Below are positions 1 through 16,661 of a DNA stretch of 64,000 nucleotides, one piece after another. Source of the stretch: Eledone cirrhosa (taxonomy: Eukaryota); the NCBI GenBank assembly GCA_964016885.1, contig OZ024761.1, positions 28,086,001-28,150,000 on the forward strand, written 5' to 3'. The notes beneath the pieces are model-generated. The model did no database searches, was not told the origin of the DNA, and saw only the letters and a list, made by a program, of their open reading frames with translations. The translations under genes were made by a program, and so were the position numbers. Each line of letters starts with the position of its first letter. Positions within the stretch are counted from its first letter, which is position 1.

Positions 1-54
1 ACTCTTTGGTCATTGATAGAAAGAGGAAAGATAACAGAAAGAAGATTGAAAAAG

Positions 55-3000
55 AGACATATACACACACACATACACATACACATACATACACATACAC
101 ACATACACATACACACACATACACATACACACATACATACATACACATACACACACATACACATACACACACATACACATACACACACATACACATACAC
201 ATACATACACATACACATACACATACATACATACACACACATAAACATACACACATACACATACACATACACATACATACATACACATACATACATACAC
301 ATACACATACACACATACACATACATACATACACATACATACATACACATACACATACACATACATACACATACATTCATACACATACACATACACACAT
401 ACACATACATACATACACATACATACTACACATACACATACACACATACACATACACACATACACATACACACACATACACATACACACATACACATACA
501 CACACATACACATACACATACATACACATACACATACACACACATACACATACACATACATACACATACATACATACACATACACATACACATACATACA
601 CATACACATACATACACATACACATACACATACATACATACACATACATAAACATACACACATACACATACATACACATACACATACACATACACACATA
701 CATTCATACACATACACACATACACATACACATACACACATACACATACACATACATACATACACATACATACATACACATACACATACACACATATACA
801 TACATACACACATACACATACACATACATACATACACATACATACATACACATACACACATACACATACATACATACACATACACACATACACATACATA
901 CACACTTACATACATACACATACACATACACATACACACACTTACATACACATATACACACATACACATACATAGATAAACATACACAGATCACACACAT
1001 ACAACACACATACACCACGCACACACAGACCTCACACACATACAACATACACACATACACCACACACGCACAGACCACACACCTGCACCAAACACACACA
1101 TACCACACACACACATACACCACTCACACACACAGACCACACACATACACCACACACACACCACACACATACAACACACACGCATACACCATATACACAC
1201 ACGGAGCACACACATACAACACACACACATACACCTCACACACACACACACATACAACATACACGTACACCACACATACACAGACCACACAAATACAACA
1301 CCCACACACATATACCACACACATACAACACACACATACACCACACACACACAGACCTCACACACATACAACATACACACATACACCACACACGCACAGA
1401 CCACACACCTGCACCAAACACACACATACCACACACACACATACACCACTCACACACACAGACCACACACATACACCACACACACACCACACACATACAA
1501 CACACACGCATACACCATATACACACACGGAGCACACACATACAACACACACACATACACCTCACACACACACACACACACACAGAGCACACACATACAA
1601 CACACACACATACACCACACACACACACACATATCACACACATACAACACACATACACCACACACACACAGACCACACAAATACAACACACACACATACA
1701 CCACACACACGCACACACAGAGCACACACATACAACACACACACAGATCACACCCATACAACACACATACACCACACACACACAGACCACACACATACAA
1801 CATACACGTGCACCACACATACACAGACCACACACATACAACACCCACACACATATACCACACACACACACAGACCACACACATACAACACACACATACA
1901 CCACACACACACAGACCTCACACACATACAATACACACACATACACCACACACGCACAGACCACACACCTGCACCAAACACACACATACCACACACACAC
2001 ATACACCACTCACACACACAGACCACACACATACACCACACACACACAGACCTCACACACATACAACACACACACATACACCACACACGCACAGACCACA
2101 CACACATAGACCACACCCTCACCACACACACACACTACACACTTACTGCACACACACATACACCCTATACACACCACACCCATACTACACATACACACAC
2201 TACTTACACTACACACACAGAGACCACACGTACACACCATACACACACACAGACAGACCACACATACACACTACATACACACACATACCACACCATACAC
2301 ACTACATACACACACATACCACACCATACACACTACATACTCCACACACATACCACACCATACACACTACATACACACATACAGACCACACATACACAAC
2401 ATACACACACATACACACTACATACACCACACATACACACTACATACACCACACATACACACAAACTATACAGACCACACAAACGCACACATACACAGAG
2501 CATACACACAAACCATACAGACCACACATACACACCACACCATACATACACACACACACACAGACCACACACACACACAGACAGACACACACACTCACAC
2601 ACGCACACATACACACAACATACACATAGACCACACACACATACACCACACACCACACACACACATACACCACACACTCCACACACACACCACACACACA
2701 TAAACCATACAGACCTCACGCACACACACATACACACAGCATACACACAAACCATACAGACCACACATACAACACACACACAGACCACAAGCTCACACAC
2801 ACATACAGACACACGCACGCACCAGATACACGCACACATACACCACACACCACACACACACACACATACACCACACACATACACCACGCATACACCACAC
2901 ACACCACACATACACCACACATACACACAGACCACACCCATATACACCACACACCACACACACCTCACACACACACACAGACACACACACCACGCACACA

Positions 3001-3570
3001 CCACACATACACACAGACCACACACACACACACGCACATACACCACACACACGCACACATACACCACACATACACACAGGCCACACACACATACACCACA
3101 CACCACACATACACCATACACACCACACACACACATGCACACATACACCACACATACACACAGGCCACACACACATACACCACACACAGGCCACACACAC
3201 ATACACCACACACAGGCCACACACACATACACCACACACCACACACACATCCACCACACACACACAGACACACACCACACACACACTCATACACACAGAG
3301 ACACACACATACACCACACACCACACACACACACACATACACCATACACACCACACACACACATGCACACATACACCACACATACACACATGCCACACAC
3401 ACATACACCACACACCACACACACACACACATATACACCACACACACCACACACACACCACACACACGCACACAGACACACACCACACACACACTCATAC
3501 ACACAGAGACACACACATACACCACACACATTACACCACACACATACACACACAGAAACACACACACAGA
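55..3570. repeat. (CA)/(CATA)-rich compound micro/minisatellite with higher-order duplications
   Basis: Continuous CA/CATA/CACC units; the block cagacctcacac...cctgcaccaaac recurs near 1025, 1351 and 1911. Confidence 0.95.
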
Positions 3571-4166
3571 ACGAAAACGAAAACGAAATCAAATCAAACA
3601 CCATTTCCATCAGACAACTTCCAAGAACATTTCACAATCACGTCATGTCCCAAATTAAAAATCTCACTCGTAAAATGTTATGAATATTGCATATTCTGAG
3701 AGGTCCGGTATTATGGAATTGACAGTTTCGAAGAGATTTCGGGTTAAGAGTATTACCAATTTCACTTGTTCTTTAACATTGTTAATTCCAGCAAATCAGA
3801 GATCGATCTGGGAGGAGAGAGAAGAAGAAAAAAAAAAAAAGAAATGAGAAGAGAAAATATAGGAAATAAAAATAGGAAAATATATAAAATGTATGAGTTA
3901 GGAGGAAGACGAATAAATGAAAGTCTTTGGACAAAGACAAATGACGTAGTTTCTTAACGGAATGACAAATGTGACGTTGTATTAGTGACGTTGTGTTGTT
4001 TTATTATTGTTAGAATTACACACACACACACACATACATACACACAAACACACTCGCATACAAACACACACTCACACACACACTAACACACTCACACATA
4101 CACACTCACACACACGCACACATACACCCACACACTCACACTCACACACGTACACACACAGACACG

Positions 4167-4199
<33 letters not shown>

Positions 4200-4295
4200 A
4201 ACGATCGACTTTCGTCAAATCGGACCGAGGGAACAATGTTTCCGTTGGTCTTTCCAATTGCTAATACTATCTATCGGTCGCAACTCCAGGTAGAA

Positions 4296-4411
4296 GGAGC
4301 AACGTGAAATAAAGTGTCTTGCTCAAGGACATAACGCATCGCCTGGTCCAGGAATCGAACTCACAACCTTACGATTGCGAATCCAATTCTCTAACCACTC
4401 AGCCACACGCC
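4296..4411 (-). mobile_element. tRNA-derived SINE fragment (CORE-like body)
   Basis: Minus strand reads ggcgtgtggctgagtggttagag (A box) ... gagttcgattcc (B box), then tgtccttgagcaagacactt (CORE-like). The same 5' 20-mer recurs near 26418. Confidence 0.75.
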
Positions 4412-4412
4412 T

Positions 4413-4491
4413 TATATATATATTTAAAGGTTAAACAAGGTTCAATGAATAAATCAAAGAATTGTATATATATATATATAATTACACACAC

Positions 4492-4581
<90 letters not shown>

Positions 4582-4660
4582 GTGTGTGTAATTATATATA
4601 TATATATACAATTCTTTGATTTATTCATTGAACCTTGTTTAACCTTTAAATATATATATA
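4413..4660. repeat. Near-perfect ~250-bp palindrome centred on a (TA)n tract
   Basis: tttaaaggttaaacaagg...gaattg (from 4423) mirrors caattc...ccttgtttaacctttaaa (to 4650); the two strands give ORFs with essentially the same peptide. Confidence 0.9.
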
Positions 4661-4678
4661 TATATATTTAACCTTTAA

Positions 4679-4713
<35 letters not shown>

Positions 4714-4829
4714 GGAACGAGTAGGACCCCATGGGGTCCTACTCGTTCCTATTACCCGCTCTACTACCCTAAGTATTGAGTACTTTGGTGCGTTATGGTC
4801 CACCTGGTTCCTTACCACATTTCCTTCGT
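4714..4829 (+). mobile_element. Fold-back family A, copy with collapsed hairpin
   Basis: ggaacgagtaggacccc-at-ggggtcctactcgttcc followed by the family tail ending catttccttcgt; (TA)n on both sides. Confidence 0.85.
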
Positions 4830-4936
<107 letters not shown>

Positions 4937-5144
4937 TATTAGGGTAAATATTGATGCAATTCAATTCAAGCACTCAACGTACTTTTTCCACATAGGAGTG
5001 ACGGAGTAAATATCGAATAAGGAAAAGCGAAGTAGTTTCAGATGTTCACAAGGTAACGGATGAAAAACCCAAAAGCACGAACTTCATCCGTTCCCATGTT
5101 GATTCAATTTGGATTGCCTCGGAAACAACCTTATTATGTAACAA

Positions 5145-5218
5145 GCTGTCTGATGATGACACGACACTCGCACACAGAACAGTGTGGCCAGTGTCGTCAT
5201 TGAAATATATATCACAGC
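5145..5218 (+). ncRNA. Type I hammerhead ribozyme motif
   Basis: GCUGU-CUGAUGA-[stem II acgacac/gugucgu]-GAAA-UAUAUA-UC-ACAGC. It lies between inverted repeats at 5017-5048 and 5237-5268. Confidence 0.7.
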
Positions 5219-5261
5219 ATTATTGTTAAAGGACTTGAACATCTGAAACTACTTCGCTTTC

Positions 5262-5523
<262 letters not shown>

Positions 5524-5614
5524 TAGGTAGTACAGTGAAATACCGCTGTAGGTACCAAATAGAGCACTCTATGCACAAGTCGATACGCAATAAGTATTTT
5601 TATATTATATTATA

Positions 5615-5792
5615 TTGGCAGCATCGGTGGAGAGGCGGACGCCATGCTTTCCAGCATAGTTACGTCCCTTTACGATCTGAGTTCAAATCCCGCCGCGGTT
5701 AACTTTGCGGTATCCTCCTTACAGGGTCGATAAAATAAAGTACCAGTAATGCACTGGGTAATTGCTGGCCTTCTACCAAATGTAGAAACAAT
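5615..5792 (+). mobile_element. tRNA-derived SINE, abundant family S
   Basis: tggcagcatcggt (A box), gagttcaaatcc (B box), core ccttacagggtcgataaaataaagtaccag, tail gctggcctt..tagaaacaatt. Confidence 0.85.
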
Positions 5793-5799
5793 TTTATTA

Positions 5800-5968
5800 T
5801 TGTTCATAATGGAGTATAATATGAATGATATAAATAAATGGAAACTAAATTTATAAAACCATATTTATTCTATTATATATATTTCAAGGGTACCAAAACT
5901 TTTATTAGGCGCATTTAAAAAACAAATATCATCATGTGATGATATCTGCGTTCTCATCAGATAAAATA
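5800..5968 (-). mobile_element. Family C hammerhead element copy with altered stem II
   Basis: 5800-5900 is the reverse complement of about 7325-7425. The minus strand has tattttat-CUGAUGA...cccuu-GAAA-UAUAUA-UA-auagaaua. Confidence 0.7.
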
Positions 5969-6329
5969 GGGATACATGATATGAAGCTTAAAAACACTTG
6001 TGAATAGTGAAGTTTTAAATCAACATATGAAAAATAAATTAAGATTGATGTATGAGATTGGGAAAAAGTGAGGGGGGTGGGGTGGAAAAGGTAAAGAAGA
6101 GGAAGAGATGAGAGTAAAGAATGGTGAGGGAGGAGTATAAGAAGGAAGGATGAGAGAGGAGGAGAGATGGGTGATAGAGAGAGATAGCCTTTACAACTGA
6201 TAAAAATATATATATTGTCTCACAGAGAGAAATTAAAAAGCCGTTGGAAGATAATAGATAATTTAAAAGAATTTGAAATTAAAAGTTAATGAGGTTTATG
6301 CATGTGCTAGAATAAAACTCACCTCCTAC

Positions 6330-6411
<82 letters not shown>

Positions 6412-6415
<4 letters not shown>

Positions 6416-6545
6416 ATGGGGGCGGTAACATAGCAGTTATACCATTACTCATCAGAGTACTCGGTACTTGGTGTAGTAGATTTGGTAATAGGAAAAAATC
6501 GGGAACCCTACGGCTGAGCTCCGGCCGTTTCAACAGGTAGATTTG
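6412..6545 (-). mobile_element. Diverged family A copy
   Basis: Aligns by eye with the family A tail and keeps GAAA-CGGC-cggagcuca-GCCG-UA-ggguuccc on the minus strand; flanked by (TA)n. Confidence 0.65.
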
Positions 6546-6567
6546 TTCATATATATATATATATAAT

Positions 6568-6649
<82 letters not shown>

Positions 6650-7173
6650 CAATATATTTAGAACACACATTATTGTTAATAACTCCCTCTGGTCGAGCAA
6701 TCTTTGAAGTGTAGGGACTGCTGGAAAGCTTCCATTACTCATACTTCTCGCCCCCTTCACCACCTCTTCTACGTCTTCGATATAAATACCCCCTCCGCCT
6801 CCGTGGTATTTTCTTCGGGGTTATGAGAGGCTTAGCTCTGTTTCTCGACCGTTATATCGCGTGACTATCTCCCCCTCCGCCTTTTGGGATTCTTTCTCAC
6901 GTCGTGTAGACGCGTTCTTGAGACTAGTAAAATGAGGTATCCTCTTGATAAGTCGGCAGACCTCGCAAGGACTCTATATCTTTATGATGTATTGTTTTTG
7001 TTTATGCCACGAAACTACGTAGTCGAGGAATCTAGGAGCAGTTTAGGTATGATACATTTTATTACTAATTATATCTAAATGTTTCTTCTCTCTTCATAAT
7101 ATATATATATATATATATAGATATATATATCAATGATATTAATAAATGCAAACTATCTTTATAAAACCATATT

Positions 7174-7234
7174 TATTTTATTATATAGATTTCAAGGGAA
7201 CCAAAACTTTGGTACTCGCTCATCAGATAAAATA
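7174..7234 (-). ncRNA. Type I hammerhead ribozyme motif (inverted arm of family C)
   Basis: Minus strand: uauuuuau-CUGAUGA-gcgaguacc aaaguuuu gguucccuu-GAAA-ucuaua-UA-auaaaaua. Confidence 0.7.
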
Positions 7235-7298
7235 CAAAGTTTGTTTTATAAATATTGACATATCCAGGAAGGAGATCAATATTTATAAAAAAACTTTG

Positions 7299-7359
7299 TA
7301 TTTTATCTGATGAGGGCGTACCAAAGTTTTGGTACCCTTGAAATATATATAATAGAATA
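7299..7359 (+). ncRNA. Type I hammerhead ribozyme motif (family C)
   Basis: uauuuuau-CUGAUGA(7307)-gggcguacc aaaguuuu gguacccuu-GAAA(7340)-UAUAUA-UA-auagaaua; all three stems can pair. Confidence 0.8.
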
Positions 7360-7687
7360 AATATGGTTTTATAAATATAGTTTCCATTTATTAATATCAT
7401 TCATATTATACTCCATTATGAACAAGTGAGGAAGTTACTAATAAATGCAGTTAATTCGAATTTGAAACTGTTGACGTGTACTTAATGTATATATATAATA
7501 CGTAGATCCCGAGTTATGTCGGGTTGTAACCATAGTTAGAAAAGATACTCAACGCGTTGGTAGAATGTAGGCATCTTTATTATATATAGAAAGTATTTCG
7601 ACAGGACTGGCACTGTTTCATTCCCTGAGGATATCTAAGTCTAATAAGATTGGAACATGTCAGTTGTGTTTAACGAAAGCAACTACA

Positions 7688-7890
7688 ATAATTGTTTCCA
7701 CTTTCGTCACAAGTCCAGCATTTTTTAGAGAAAGTAGGAAATTCGATTAAATCGACCCCAGTAACTGACTGGCACTTACATTTATCGACCGCGGAACGAT
7801 GATAGTCAAATTTGATAACAATGGAATTTGAAGACAGAAATTCGTAAAGGGAAGTAAGTAAGTGTTGCAAAGCCTTTAGTCTGGCGTTCT
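7688..7890 (-). mobile_element. Degraded SINE family S
   Basis: Contains aataattgtttc, tttatcgacc and ggaatttgaa, the reverse-complement landmarks of family S. Confidence 0.55.
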
Positions 7891-8064
7891 AATAACGAGT
7901 TGATAAGAAAATAAAAGCCCAAACGCAAAAAAGCAAGAAAGATATTTGCCCGAAAATAATAAACTTTTTAGTCTATAAATCAAACAAGTGTGATATATTT
8001 CCCATTTGTTAAGGGGAGGAGTTTTCTTTTGTTCATAGTTATTGCTGTTGTTGTACGTAGTAGC

Positions 8065-8103
<39 letters not shown>

Positions 8104-9060
8104 GGTGGTGATGGTAGAAATGGCGGCGGTGTAGTTCTATATCTAGATTTTGATGTTGTTTTGTTATTTACTGTTATTTATTGAGATTTAAATAACATAA
8201 TCGAATATAAAAGGCATAAGTTGGTGTATTTTATTAAAATTTTTTTTTTCTCCTATTCGCTTCTCATCTCTATTTTTTAACACCTCCGTTGGGTAAAGTA
8301 CATGCTTATCTCCCCTTTGTAATAACTACTCTTCTATTTTGCCTCTTGAGAGAGGTAAAGAAAGACAGGGAGTGAGAGTGAACATAAATGCCGGTTTCGT
8401 TTTATGTGGCTTTTCTCAGTCTGAGTGTTTATTATTAATTTTTACAAAAGTTTTTTCCCATTATTGTCATTTCTTCTTCTTCTTCTTCTTCTTCTTCTTC
8501 TTCTTCTTCTTCTTCTTCTTCTTCTTCTTCTTCTGTTATCTCATCTCGGGTTGAATGAATTCATTGTCTAAGTGAATGATTGAAAAAAAGTTGTTTTTTT
8601 TAAAGGAACATAAAAAAAGAGAGAGAAACTCTGGAAGAAGAAAGAAACAAATTAATGAATAAAATGAATAAATTAAACTATAAATAAGCTAAGCTGTTTA
8701 TGCCCATATATGTAAGAATGTATGTGTGTAGGTGTGTGTGTATATCTGTGTGTGTTCGTGTGTGTCGTGTGATAGAAAGGGAGAATATCGGCGCATTTAG
8801 TTTGTGAATGTTTGGGTGTTGTGTGCATACACATACACACACACACATATATATATATATATGTATGTTTGTATGTATTATCTGTATATATTTCTCTCTA
8901 TATACATATAGATAGATATTTGTGTATATATATACGTACATATCTATATATGTATGTGTGCACGTATATAATTATCTATATATATGATATATATATATAT
9001 ATACACATTTATATCTATATACAAATATATATCTATATACAAATATATATCTATATACAA

Positions 9061-9139
<79 letters not shown>

Positions 9140-9327
9140 AATATATATCGATATACAAATATATATCTATAAAAATATATATCTATATATGTATATATAT
9201 ATTTATATTTATCTATATAAATATATATATATATAAATATATATATATATAAATATATATATGTATTATGGAATACTGTTGGCTTTTTGCTACAACGTTT
9301 TCTATACCTTTCATTTATCTATATATA

Positions 9328-9380
<53 letters not shown>

Positions 9381-9629
9381 ATATATATATATATAAAGTA
9401 TATGTGTGTTAGTGTGTAAGTAATCTCTTGTTCGCGTTTTTCTGTTTCATATTTTACTTTATTATATTCTATTTTATTTTGTTTATATTTTTTCTGCTCT
9501 GCTCTCCACTCCTCACTTCTATATGAACAGATATCTCCAGATAATATAACACAGTAGAATAATATACGTTCTTAATATAACTTGGCCTCGGTGGGCAAAC
9601 AGACGGCGAAGATAACAACGGAGTCGACT

Positions 9630-9777
<148 letters not shown>

Positions 9778-10061
9778 GCGTGTATCTAATGGCGGCTATT
9801 TGTAGAATTATGAAGAGGAGAAAGTAGGAAAAAATGAAGAAGAGGGTAAGAAGGAAAGAAATAGAAGTGAGCTAAAACGACGTTAAAAAGCATAAACTCA
9901 TATCAACTGTCATTCATTGATAGACAACTTCATTTATTCCACTATATGTATTGTGTTATGTATAGAGCTTGTTATAATATGTGTTGGCCAACCAGCTCTA
10001 AAGAGATTTCAATATAACAGATTTTCTCTACCTGTGAATGTTTGTGTAGATCGCTATATAA

Positions 10062-10321
<260 letters not shown>

Positions 10322-10441
10322 GTATATATATATATATATATTATATATGTGTGTGTGTGTGTGTGTGTATGTGTTTGTGTATATATATGAAGATATGGAT
10401 ATATATATATGAATATATGAATATAGGGATACATATATGTA

Positions 10442-10522
<81 letters not shown>

Positions 10523-10554
10523 ATGTGTTTGTGTATATATATATGAAGATATGG

Positions 10555-10712
<158 letters not shown>

Positions 10713-11009
10713 GAAGATATGGATATATATGAATATATTAATATAGGGATACATATATATATGAATATATATATATATGAATATATGAATATATATATAT
10801 ATATATATATATATCAGTGTGTGTGTGTATGTCTGTGTTTGTCTGTGTATGTGTGTGCGTGTGTGTGAATTAGTTGAATAAGTGTATTAATAATATAATT
10901 GCGAGATGATGATGAATATACAGGATATATATGGTCGGAAATATTCCGTCGTTCAGAGTTACAGACACACATACAAACATATCTATCACACGCACACATA
11001 TACACACAC

Positions 11010-11095
<86 letters not shown>

Positions 11096-11386
11096 ATATA
11101 TAAATATATATACATAAATGCATATATATGTGCATATATATATGAATATGTATATATATATATATACATATACATATATAAATATGTAGATGTATATATA
11201 TACATATAAATATGTATATGTATATATATATATACATATTTATATGTATATGTATGTATATACATATATATATATATATGTATATGTATGTATGCATATA
11301 TATATGTATATGTATATATATACATATATATGTATATGTATGTATACATATATATATATATGTATATATATACATATATATATGTA

Positions 11387-11464
<78 letters not shown>

Positions 11465-11474
11465 TATATATATA

Positions 11475-11505
<31 letters not shown>

Positions 11506-11535
11506 GTGTGTACGTATATATTTAGCAATATATAA

Positions 11536-11641
<106 letters not shown>

Positions 11642-11976
11642 ATTTCTACAACCAACTATATATATAGTCAGCACATATCCAAGTATTTCTAAACGTAATC
11701 ATATCCACGGTTAATATAAATACTTTAATTTATATTTCTCTAGATCAATCTAGTTTTTCCTTCTTTTGTCTTATCTTTTTTTTATTTTTGTACATCTGCC
11801 TCTCTTTGTTTTACTTCTGTCTCTTTAGATACAGAGACACACACACACACTACACACGCACACACACACACACATATACAAACAGACACTCAAACACACA
11901 TATTCATAATTATTTGTTTATATCTACATCAGTTTCTCTCTCTTTCTCTCTCTCTCTGTATATACAGATATCTATA

Positions 11977-12023
<47 letters not shown>

Positions 12024-12103
12024 CCCATATATATATACATATATATATTTACACACCCATATATATATATATATATATATACATATATAGATATACATAT
12101 ATA

Positions 12104-12198
<95 letters not shown>

Positions 12199-12988
12199 CA
12201 TGTATATATATATATATACATGTATATATATATATATATAAATATATATACATGTATAGATATACATGTATATACATATATATGAATATATATATACATG
12301 TATATATATATATATATACATAGATATGTCTGTGTGTGTATGTGTGTCTATAGTTTAGGTTGTACGTATAGCTTAGATTGATGAATGTTAGGAAGAAATC
12401 AGTATTATGTAATATAGTATTCATGTAAGAAGTTACTGGAATGTGTTTGTATATGGATGGGTGTGTTAGTGTGTGTGTATGTATGTGTGTGTATCTCTGG
12501 AATATTTGAAATAGATACTTTCATATACAGGAACATGCGTTACAAATTCGTACTGTCTGTTTTTAGTGCTGGAGTGTATGAGATCCAAACCGGTGCTTGG
12601 ATGACTATGTGGAAACCGGTGCTACGCTTTGAGGAAAGGTCGGTGGTTTCACATTTATCGCACAGCAAAAAAGAGGTTTTAAAGATGCATTCCTTCCGTG
12701 CTTGAACAATTAAATCCTATAGAGCTATATCTACCAACTTTAACAAGATTATGTATATATACATGATCTTCTTAATGTATATGCAATGATGCATTTTCAT
12801 AGTGCAGAACAGTTGCACAGGGATCGGCGAAACTGAAGTCTCGACTTTTATGAAAAATAGGTATATTTTTGTCTATTATTTTCTCATATCTTGTAATTTT
12901 ATATATATATATATATATATTTATATACATTCATAAATACATCGCTATTTCAGAGCACCAATCCTAATACTATATATATATACATATA

Positions 12989-13063
<75 letters not shown>

Positions 13064-13148
13064 TTAGTGCTTCGTGGCGGCCTCTTACAATTCGGCTGTT
13101 CATCTGCTATATTGTAGGTGCAACTTCGGTTATACTCATTATATATAT

Positions 13149-13607
<459 letters not shown>

Positions 13608-13876
13608 TATATATATATATATATATGTGTATATATATACATATAAATATATATATATATATAATATATATATATATATATGTGTATATATATACATATA
13701 AATATATATATATATATATATGTCTATATATACACATATAAATATATATATATATATATATATGTCTATATATACACATATAAATATAGAGATATATATA
13801 TATGTCTATATATATACATATAAATATATATATATATATATGTGTGTATATACATATAAATATATATATATATATA

Positions 13877-14250
13877 TAAGCAAAGGAATGAGCGAATGAA
13901 AGAGTTACAAGCCGTTACAACATATCTTTATATAGCTCTTACACGTGTAAGGGGGCTCATCGGAGGCAGATATTAATTACAAACTTTGCTTTTAATACCT
14001 GCCTCCGATGAGCCCAAGGGGTGAAACACGTGTAAGAGCTATATATAGATATGTTTTAACGGCTTGTAACTCCTTTATTCACTCATTCGTATGCTTATTA
14101 CAGCTCCTTTACACTAAATATTTACTTTCTCTAATATTTAACCCTGATAATCCAAGCATTGAGCACTTACGTATCCGTTTTTGGCATCTAATACTATGTA
14201 TCGTACCTCTTTATATCTCTTCTTCCTATCCTCTTTTACGATACTGTAAC
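13877..14250 (+). mobile_element. Fold-back element with degenerate hammerhead (14001-14039)
   Basis: Inverted arms span 13877-13975 and 13992-14097, then a unique tail. Motif CCGAUGA-gcccaaggggu-GAAA-CACGUG-UA-agagc, with one core substitution. Confidence 0.7.
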
Positions 14251-14578
14251 CTATTATTATTATTATTATTATTATGATATATATATATGTATATATGTGT
14301 GTGTGTATGTATATATATATATATGTGTGTGTATATATATATATATATATGTAAATATATATGTGTGTGTGTGTGTGTTTGTGTGTGTTTGTGTGTGTGT
14401 GTGGAAGAATGAAAAACAAAAGCAACTTATTCTAACGATTTGCCTTATTAAAGAACACCAACCTTCGAATGAAGACATTCTTCTTTTTTTTAATATATAC
14501 ACATATATACATATACATACACACACACACACACGCACACACACACGCACACACACACACACACACATACACACACAT

Positions 14579-14673
<95 letters not shown>

Positions 14674-14715
14674 TATATGTATATATGGATTATAAAAAGT
14701 AGAATGTCTTCACTG

Positions 14716-14750
<35 letters not shown>

Positions 14751-15737
14751 TAAGTTATTCCATACATACAGAGGGAGAGAGAGAGAGAGAGGCGGGGGCG
14801 GTAATTTGAGAAATCAGAGTTCTATTTATTTGGCAGGCAGGTGACATCAACTGTAACCATGTGTCGAATGAAACAATTCTCTGGTGGGCAGATTCACGTC
14901 AGTAGCTGAAGAATACTAAATAAATACACCTTTAGATTTATTTATTAAAAATACAGAGTCTATTATTGTCTATCAAACGGAACGGTGTCACTGTGTTATT
15001 CACACTTCCTAATAAAATATTCTGTTTGAAAGAAAGTAATGAAAATAAAGAGTAAAAAGATTCAAACAAGAAAATAATGGAAAATTGAATAAAATAAAAT
15101 GTATGTGTTGTTAAATGACAAAGATGCCTCCTTTGCGTTGTAATTGTTATATATGGGATATATCGATAGATAGATACACATATACACCCTCACAAATACT
15201 TATATACATATAATACATGTATATATATATACATATATACATACATATATACTTACATACGTACATACGTGTATACATACAACTGTGCATATATATACAC
15301 ATTCACACAAATGCATACATACATATAATACATGCATATATACATATATACTTGGATGCACATACATATGTACATATATATACATACACACACACACGTA
15401 TATATATAAATATATATATATATACCTACAAATGCATACATACACTCAAATACATACATACACGCATACATATATACGTACGTACATCTGTACATACAAA
15501 CATACATACATATATACATACATGCATGCACCTTTACATACATGCACACACACGTACGCACATACGTACACACACACACACTTTCGTACATACATACAGA
15601 CACATACATACACGCATATATATACATACATACAAACTATGTTCCAATGAACCAAGTTATCTTTCGTTCTTGCCATAATAATGTCGTCTCAGGACGAAAT
15701 AACGAAAGAAATTAAGAAAGAAAAATAGAAAGAAATA

Positions 15738-16042
15738 ATTGTTTCTACTTTTGGCACAAGGCCATAATTATCCCAGTGTATTACTGGTACTTAATTTTAT
15801 CGACCCCGTAAAGATGAAAGGCAAAGTTAAAATCGGTGGGATTTGAAAGAAATAATTGTCTCTACTTTAGGCACAAGGCCAGCAATTACCCAGTGCATTA
15901 CTCGTGCTTTATTTTATCGACCCCGTAAGGATGAAAGGCAAAGTCAACCTCGGCGGGATTTGAACTCAGATCGAAAAGGGACGTAACTATGCTGGAAAGC
16001 ATGGCGTCCGACCCTCTACCGATCCTGCCAATCCACCGCCCT
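15738..16042 (-). mobile_element. Two adjacent SINE family S copies (one 5'-truncated, one full)
   Basis: ttttatcgaccccgtaa..atgaaaggcaaagt and gggatttgaa are each present twice. Confidence 0.85.
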
Positions 16043-16433
16043 TGATTTGAAAGAAATAATGAAAGAAAGAAAGCACGAAAAACAGAAAGACAGAAAGCAT
16101 GAATGAAAGATAGAAAGAATGAAAGAATGATATAAAGAAAGATAGAAAGGAAGAATAAAAGAAAGAATGAAAAATATAAAGAAAGAAAAGAAGAATGAAA
16201 GATAGAAAGAAAGAAGTAACTAAAAACAGAAAGTAACATAGCCTGAATGAGTTACTGAATGAGATAGAAGGAATGATAGTAAGTGGATTGCAAAGGTGCT
16301 ACAATTAACCCCCAGTGATTTAAAGAAGGGCAAATGTCGGCAAGAGAAGTCGAGTCTAATAACAATACACCGTCGCCATTAATCAAGTCATTTTTAAATA
16401 ATTGCTTTGTTATTATTGTTAATTTAATGATCT

Positions 16434-16486
<53 letters not shown>

Positions 16487-16569
16487 GATGTGTGGGGTGT
16501 ATATATATATGTGTGTGTGTGTGTATATATATAAATACATATATATATATATGTGTGTATATATATGTA

Positions 16570-16644
<75 letters not shown>

Positions 16645-16661
16645 ATATATATATACGTATA

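Noticed and set aside
6-3683. 1225-aa His/Thr-rich ORF
   Set aside because: It is a translation of CA-rich repeats that cannot form stop codons; no domain is present.
4320-4411. Possible tRNA gene
   Set aside because: A and B boxes are present but there is no proper acceptor stem, and it continues into a SINE body.
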